A stretch of 42,757 bases of DNA from Octopus bimaculoides (lineage: Eukaryota). Positions within the stretch are counted from its first letter, which is position 1. Every line of letters begins with the position of its first letter. The DNA is taken from the NCBI RefSeq assembly GCF_001194135.2, contig NC_068987.1, forward strand, positions 25,475,125 to 25,517,881, given 5' to 3'. Positions 36,995 to 42,757 of this stretch are shown piece by piece. Both the position numbers and the translations under genes were made by a program. A model generated the notes under the pieces. It saw only the letters and a list, made by a program, of their open reading frames with translations. It made no database searches and was not told the DNA's origin.

Positions 36995-38252
36995 ATTATA
37001 TGAGTACTGATTTCCCCTTCTACTCCCCCGTGTGTGTATATATATATATANNNNNNNNNNNNNNNNNNNNNNNNNNNNNNNNNNNNNNNNNNNNNNNNNN
37101 NNNNNNNNNNNNNNNNNNNNNNNNNNNNNNNNNNNNNNNNNNNNNNNNNNNNNNNNNNNNNNNNNNNNNNNNNNNNNNNNNNNNNNNNNNNNNNNNNNNN
37201 NNNNNNNNNNNNNNNNNNNNNNNNNNNNNNNNNNNNNNNNNNNNNNNNNNNNNNNNNNNNNNNNNNNNNNNNNNNNNNNNNNNNNNNNNNNNNNNNNNNN
37301 NNNNNNNNNNNNNNNNNNNNNNNNNNNNNNNNNNNNNNNNNNNNNNNNNNNNNNNNNNNNNNNNNNNNNNNNNNNNNNNNNNNNNNNNNNNNNNNNNNNN
37401 NNNNNNNNNNNNNNNNNNNNNNNNNNNNNNNNNNNNNNNNNNNNNNNNNNNNNNNNNNNNNNNNNNNNNNNNNNNNNNNNNNNNNNNNNNNNNNNNNNNN
37501 NNNNNNNNNNNNNNNNNNNNNNNNNNNNNNNNNNNNNNNNNNNNNNNNNNNNNNNNNNNNNNNNNNNNNNNNNNNNNNNNNNNNNNNNNNNNNNNNNNNN
37601 NNNNNNNNNNNNNNNNNNNNNNNNNNNNNNNNGTTGTCACCCCCACCTACCTTCACTCCGTCATTATTGCTAATAATTTCCCCCCAAAAAAACTCTTTCG
37701 GAGAAAAATCCCTACCACCCTTACGTCTACCCATTACTCATAACTCCCCTCCGTTCCCCCACTTTATTCCACTTTACTCAACTCTTCTCAACTCAACCAC
37801 CCCACCCCTTTACATTTACCAATATCACTCCCTCCCCTCCTCTCTCTTTCTCTCTCTCTCAATTCCCATGCTGTCTTTTCTTTCTCTTTCTCGTTCCGTT
37901 GCTTCTTTCTGTCTTTCTTTCTTTCACTGCCACCTTAGTGCAGAGCTAGCTAACTGCTTCATCCTCCATCACCACCTCAATCCCCACCACCACCACCACT
38001 ATCACTACTCTGGGGTCTTGCCTGCAACAGAACATGTATTTGCTGCAGTTATGTCATCCTAACGGCATTGGATCCATACCAATCCAGCTTCCCCTGCTTC
38101 CGATCCATTCTTCAACATTCCCTGAGACAAGCTCTTATCTTCATAATCTTCGCCAGACTCTCTTCTCTCTTCTCTCTCTCTTTCTTTTTTTTTTCTTTCT
38201 CTCCTATTCCTCCCTCAGCTACTCACTAACCACCAACATCACCACCACCACC

Positions 38253-38286
<34 letters not shown>

Positions 38287-38473
38287 TCCAGTCTTCGCGC
38301 TATCGTTCACAGCGACCTACATCTTCTGGCGAAATAAAATGCTACTGTTTGCCTCGCGTTACCACCAGAAACGTCACCAGCGCCACCGCCACCGCCACCA
38401 TCACAACCATCACCACCACTGTCAACAATAACAGCGACAACAACAATAACAATAACAACAACCTCATCTTGAA

Positions 38474-38694
38474 CTAACGCGTGGGGAACCTGTTATATTG
38501 TCGTCCAATCTGCTTGAAATAGCAACCGAATGTCTCTCATATAACATCCTATAGATTTATAAAGAGAAATAAACAGTTGATGACGCTGTTAGCGATATTT
38601 CAAAAAAAAAAAAAGGGTGGTGGTGGTGAGAGGATCATAGTTAGAATGCCTTTAATCATAGCTCTAGTGTATCAGTACTGACCTGGGGCTAAAC
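38474..38694 (+). repeat. Dispersed repeat family D
   Basis: TGCTTGAAATAGCAACCGAATG...TTAGAATGCCTTTAATCATAG...GACCTGGGGCTAAAC. Confidence 0.65.
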
Positions 38695-38917
38695 GATATC
38701 AACATTCTTCTGCTGTACCAGATGCCATCATCATCATCATTGTCATCATCAGTGTCGCTATAACTAACACTATCACAAATAGATTCATCGCCATCATCAT
38801 CGTTATCAAAATATACATCACTACCATTGAGCTGCTACCACTACCACCACTACCAACCATCATCACCACCGTCCACTCTATCGCGACTACCACCGTCAGC
38901 TCAACCACTCTGTCACC

Positions 38918-39045
38918 GACAAGGGAACCTCTCTACACGTTGTTGCTCAACACAGTAGAAATAGCAGCCAAATTCCATACCCTTGAAAATCAAACTCTTG
39001 CTTTCTTTGGAAAAGAGGGAGGAAAAAATTGACCTAGGGCTAAAC
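38918..39045 (+). repeat. Internally deleted family D copy
   Basis: AGGGAACCTCTCTACACG...AGAAATAGCAGCCAAAT joined to GACCTAGGGCTAAAC. Confidence 0.55.
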
Positions 39046-39193
39046 TCGCCTATAACAGTACTGCTATTAACTACCACCACCACCACCACCACCACCACCA
39101 CCACTACAACCATCATCATCGTGAATTACATCTTTACATTGAATGGTCGCCACCACTACCACTGTCGTTGCTGCTGCTACTACTACTACTACT

Positions 39194-39238
<45 letters not shown>

Positions 39239-39550
39239 CTTTTACTGATAGTTTTATTTTTATTTGTGTTACAGCATTTTCAGATGCTGATGGTGATGGT
39301 GGTGGGGCTTTTTTTATTTTTGGTGATAAGATGATAGTGATGCATCAAGACAAAGATAGTAGTAGTAGTAGTAGTAGTAGGGTTGTTGTTGTTGGTGGTG
39401 GTGGTGGTGGAAACAGCGTTTGTAGTAATGTGGAACGGTGAATGTAATAACTTGTGATAGTGATGACAGTTGTAGAGGTGGGATGGCTTAAGGTGATAAT
39501 AATAATGATGATGATGATGATGGTGATGGTGGTTATGACAGTGATAGTGT

Positions 39551-39909
39551 TGCTGCTGGTGGTGGTGGTGGTGGTGGTGGTGTATTTTGTCGAGGAGAGA
39601 CGGTAACGCTTCTGATGATGTTGACGGCGGTAGTTCTTCTTGGNNNNNNNNNNNNNNNNNNNNNNNNNNNNNNNNNNNNNNNNNNNNNNNNNNNNNNNNN
39701 NNNNNNNNNNNGTGTTGGTGACGATGATGAAGACGGTGGTGGTGATGATGATCGTGTTGTTGAAGTTTGTGTTGTCGATTTTGTTATGAGGATGATGATG
39801 ATGATGGTGGTGGTGGTGCTGCTGGTGGTGGTGGTGGTGGTGGTGGTGTATTTTGTCGAGGAGAGACGGTAACGCTTCTGATGATGTTGACGGCGGTAGT
39901 TCTTCTTGG
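39551..39909. repeat. Identical 93-bp direct repeat (39551-39643 and 39817-39909) spanning an N-gap
   Basis: TGCTGC(TGG)n TGTATTTTGTCGAGGAGAGACGGTAACGCTTCTGATGATGTTGACGGCGGTAGTTCTTCTTGG occurs twice. Confidence 0.9.
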
Positions 39910-40080
39910 TCTAAGTGTAGTAGTTTACGGTTTATAAGGATGAAGATATCGGCGATAGATGTGATGTTGCTTACGATGTAAAGAATTGGTAGTAACGATG
40001 ACGACAACGCCGACAATAATGAAGATGACGACGATGATGATGATGATGATGACATTAGTGTCGACTGTGCTACTGTGATT

Positions 40081-40129
<49 letters not shown>

Positions 40130-40213
40130 AGCTCTTCTACTACTGTCGGTTTCGATAACGCTGCCAGTGGTAGTAGAAGTAGCGCTACTACAGTTTGGCG
40201 AATGTAGTAGTAA

Positions 40214-40250
<37 letters not shown>

Positions 40251-40499
40251 GGCGGTGGTGAGAAATTATATTGGTAATAGTTTCGATGGTGATGATAGTG
40301 CTGATGCCGATGACCATGATGATGATGATGATGGTGGTGCTGGTGATGATGCTAGTAGCCGTGTGCCAAGATGGTAGAAGTCGTCTATAATAAATGTATA
40401 GGTATGGGCGTTGGTAGACTTGTAAATGTTAGTATTGCTGTAGGTTGTCTGTAGGGGCTCAAATTAATATTATTATTACTAGATGTTGTTGTTGTTGTT

Positions 40500-40692
40500 G
40501 TTTCGCTGCCTATCAGCCCAGATTGCTTAGATCTATGATCAAAGGCTGTCTATCCATGACCATCTTGTCCTTTGTGTGGTGTGTGCGTATGTATGTCTAA
40601 GACTACATCATCTAATTTTATCATTCTTTTACTTAAAACTACAGGGTGTGATTCGAGTGAAATATGGTTACTATTTCTAGCAGACTGAGCGG
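40500..40692 (-). repeat. Dispersed repeat family D, preceded by (GTT)n
   Basis: CTATGATCAAAGGC...CCATGACCATC...GACTACATCATC...AGGGTGTGATT...CTATTTCTAGCAG. Confidence 0.65.
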
Positions 40693-41252
40693 GAAAAAAA
40701 TAGAGATTTACTGGGTTAACTCATTGATGACGATGACGATGACGACAATGAAGGCGGCAGCAGCGGCGGTGACGGTGCTGAAATAGAACATGTGACAAAT
40801 GCAAAGACTATGTCAACTAAAGACAGATTCAACTATTTAAAAATAATGACNNNNNNNNNNNNNNNNNNNNNNNNNNNNNNNNNNNNNNNNNNNNNNNNNN
40901 NNNNNNNNNNNNNNNNNNNNNNNNNNNNNNNNNNNNNNNNNNNNNNNNNNNNNNNNNNCCCCACCTCAGTCACATTTTATTTCACTCTATAGGGTCTCAT
41001 TTTTATTGTCGGGCCCACGTTCGTACGTATTTATATGTGCATGTATGTGTCTTTGTATACTTGTGTGCACGTAATATGTGTATGCTTTATCTATGAGTAT
41101 ATATATCTATAGAAATTTGTATGCATGAAGGTGAATATGTCAGTGCGCGCGTGTATAGGCGTGCATACATTTTATACAATTAAATGTCAATGCATGTACC
41201 AAAACGAATGCATAATAATAATATATATATTTATATATATATATATATATTT

Positions 41253-42757
41253 GTAGTTTCAGCTCAGAGTTGTGGCCATGCTGGAGCACCGCCGTTTTGC
41301 AACACTGTTACTACTGAGATACTCCTCTAATATGTGGCACTTGGTGTAGAATGGAGTTTGATGTAGCTACCCTCATCTGTACCTCTCGCCGTGAGGTAGG
41401 TTCGTCTGGGACTCTCAACAGGAAGAGGCCCAGTCTTGATTTAAAAACGCCTACATCTACTTTGTGCAGGTTCCTCAGGCTCTTTGCAAGAATATTAAAA
41501 AGCTGTAGGCCTTTGAAACCCAGGCTGTTGCAGTAACTACTCCTGGAGCGTGATGGCATTGCTGGGATCTTTGGCACTGTGCAGTGTCGACTCGTTCTGG
41601 CATTGGTGTAGCTTTCAATGTCAAAATTTGGCACAATTCCTTCCAGGATCTTCCAGATGTATATTACTGCATACCTCTCCCGCCTTCGGACCAGGGAGTA
41701 TAGTCTTAGCTGCAAAGTGACAATCTTCTTTGTGAATATTCGCTGGATTGCTTCAATGTCCGCTGTTAATTTTACACTGTTGGGTGACCATAGCTGGGAG
41801 CAGTAATCCAGGTGGCTGAGGACGAATTGTCCTCCAGAGGACCATCATGATTTCCTTATCTCTGGTTCTGAATGTGCTCAGGAGCCAGTCGTCTGCACTT
41901 TGTCGCCATCCTAATGATGAACACTTGAAAAGAGGTATCATCACTCATGCTGATACCCAGGTTCCTCACTGATTTAGGCTCTGGGAATGTAATTCCCTGT
42001 GGACCAGTGTAACCTGTAAGTTTCATATTCAGTTTTGGACGCTGGTTGCGCAGGGCTTGGTATTATTCTGCATTAAAATGCATATCATTATCCTCAGCAC
42101 ATCTGTAAATTGAGTCCCACTCCTGCTGCAGACCTGCAACATCACTGGGGTTCTGTATTTTCTGCGAGACTTTCGCGTCGTCTCCGTAGCTAGCAAGGGT
42201 GGCTATCCGGGCAGTTGAGGGCATATCTGAGAGGACCACTATTAAAAGCAGGGGTCCCAAGACAGTGCCCTGTGGAACACCACTCACTATTGTGTTTTCA
42301 TTGAAGTGGCTCCGTTGGACACTACTGCCTGTCTTCTATATTTTAAAAAGTCACGTAACGTCTCACCAAGTTTTTGAGCTATGCCGAGATCAAGCAGTTT
42401 GTGCCATATCGAATTTTTCATAAGCATTTGCAAAATCAAGGTATGTTATGTCCAAATTTGAATCGTTGAGTAACTGCCTCAACACCCAGTCATAATGTTG
42501 TAAGAGCTGGGTCAGGCAACTCCTACCTGGTCAAAAGCTATGCTGGGCATCACTCAGCAATTTATTTTCTTCAAGGAATGCGATAAGTTTGCCGTTCCAT
42601 GATTTTGCTGATGTGTGATGTCAGAGAGATAGGTCTATAGTTTTTGGCATCTACTGTGCATCCCCCTTTATGGATTGGACAAAGTATTCCTTCCTTCAGC
42701 TTGCTTGGCAGTTTGCCATTTGCAAAAAAGCTCTGGAAGAGGATCTAGAGGGGTTTT
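41253..42757 (-). mobile_element. Defective CR1-group LINE: RT domain to 3' end; 5' part lies beyond the window
   Basis: Minus strand across frameshifts: KNYRPISLTSHISKIMER, PGRSCLTQLLQHYD, YLDFANAYEK, SGVPQGTVLGPLL, YGDDAKV (YADD position), LYSLVRRRERY, RVPDEP, stop at 41311-41313. A short 3' UTR GGCGGTGCTCCAGCATGGCCACAACTCTGAGCTGAAAC precedes a TA-rich tail. Confidence 0.9.

Larger units (their letters stand above)
37960..40400. repeat. Belt of mixed trinucleotide microsatellites (ACC, ATC, AAC, ACT, GGT, GAT, GTA)
   Basis: Direct reading; explains the His/Thr/Val/Tyr-run ORFs in the track. Confidence 0.9.
3995..40958. other. Assembly gaps (15 N-runs, ~4.5 kb total)
   Basis: 3995-4306, 7141-7306, 11087-11441, 12506-13376, 18351-18798, 19876-20280, 23855-23979, 27213-27490, 28755-29180, 30825-30885, 33495-33758, 35926-35965, 37051-37632, 39644-39711, 40851-40958. 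Most abut (TA)n, (CA)n or (CT)n. Confidence 0.97.

Noticed and set aside
39345-40055. His-rich 236-aa minus-strand ORF
   Set aside because: It is composed of trinucleotide arrays, spans an N-gap and a probable assembly duplication.
316-40992. Most ORF-track entries (HTHT, YIYI, CVCV, LSLS, poly-I/N/V/T/Y, F/S/L-rich, X-filled)
   Set aside because: They are translations of microsatellites, pyrimidine tracts or N-gaps, with no domain motifs or splice support.
17918-42757. Active or domesticated LINE ORFs
   Set aside because: Both RT-bearing copies carry stops and frameshifts. The CR1 copy has YGDD in place of YADD and altered DFAKAFDK motifs.

Overview
AT-rich, non-coding animal genomic DNA from a draft assembly, with 15 N-gaps totalling about 4.5 kb, most beside microsatellites. 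Repeat content and microsatellite density point to a coleoid cephalopod, probably Octopus; this is my recognition, not a database result. No complete host gene is present, and nearly all ORF-track entries are microsatellite, low-complexity or N-gap artefacts. Supported contents: (1) three tRNA-derived SINE groups (my labels A, B, C) and an unclassified ~200-bp repeat (D). (2) Four defective non-LTR retrotransposons: a Tx1/L1-type copy (~17.9-19.9 kb, +), a CR1-group copy (41.25 kb to window end, -), a heavily decayed RTE-type copy (15.5-17.1 kb, -) and an R4/Dong-type 3' end (2.8-3.0 kb, -). (3) A 560-bp TIR element with an 8-bp TSD and an inverted telomere-repeat core, a mariner-like MITE, two long hairpins and a 4.4-kb pyrimidine-strand tract. 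The best leads for host function are both on the + strand: a textbook recursive-splice-site motif (branch point, polypyrimidine tract, AG|GTAAGT) at 7563-7597, and a candidate coding exon at 26706/26730-26808. Together they suggest the window is mostly long introns of one + strand gene. The clearest mobile-element result is that the 3' tail of the CR1-group LINE matches the 3' tail of SINE family A. I found no evidence for a new protein-coding system.
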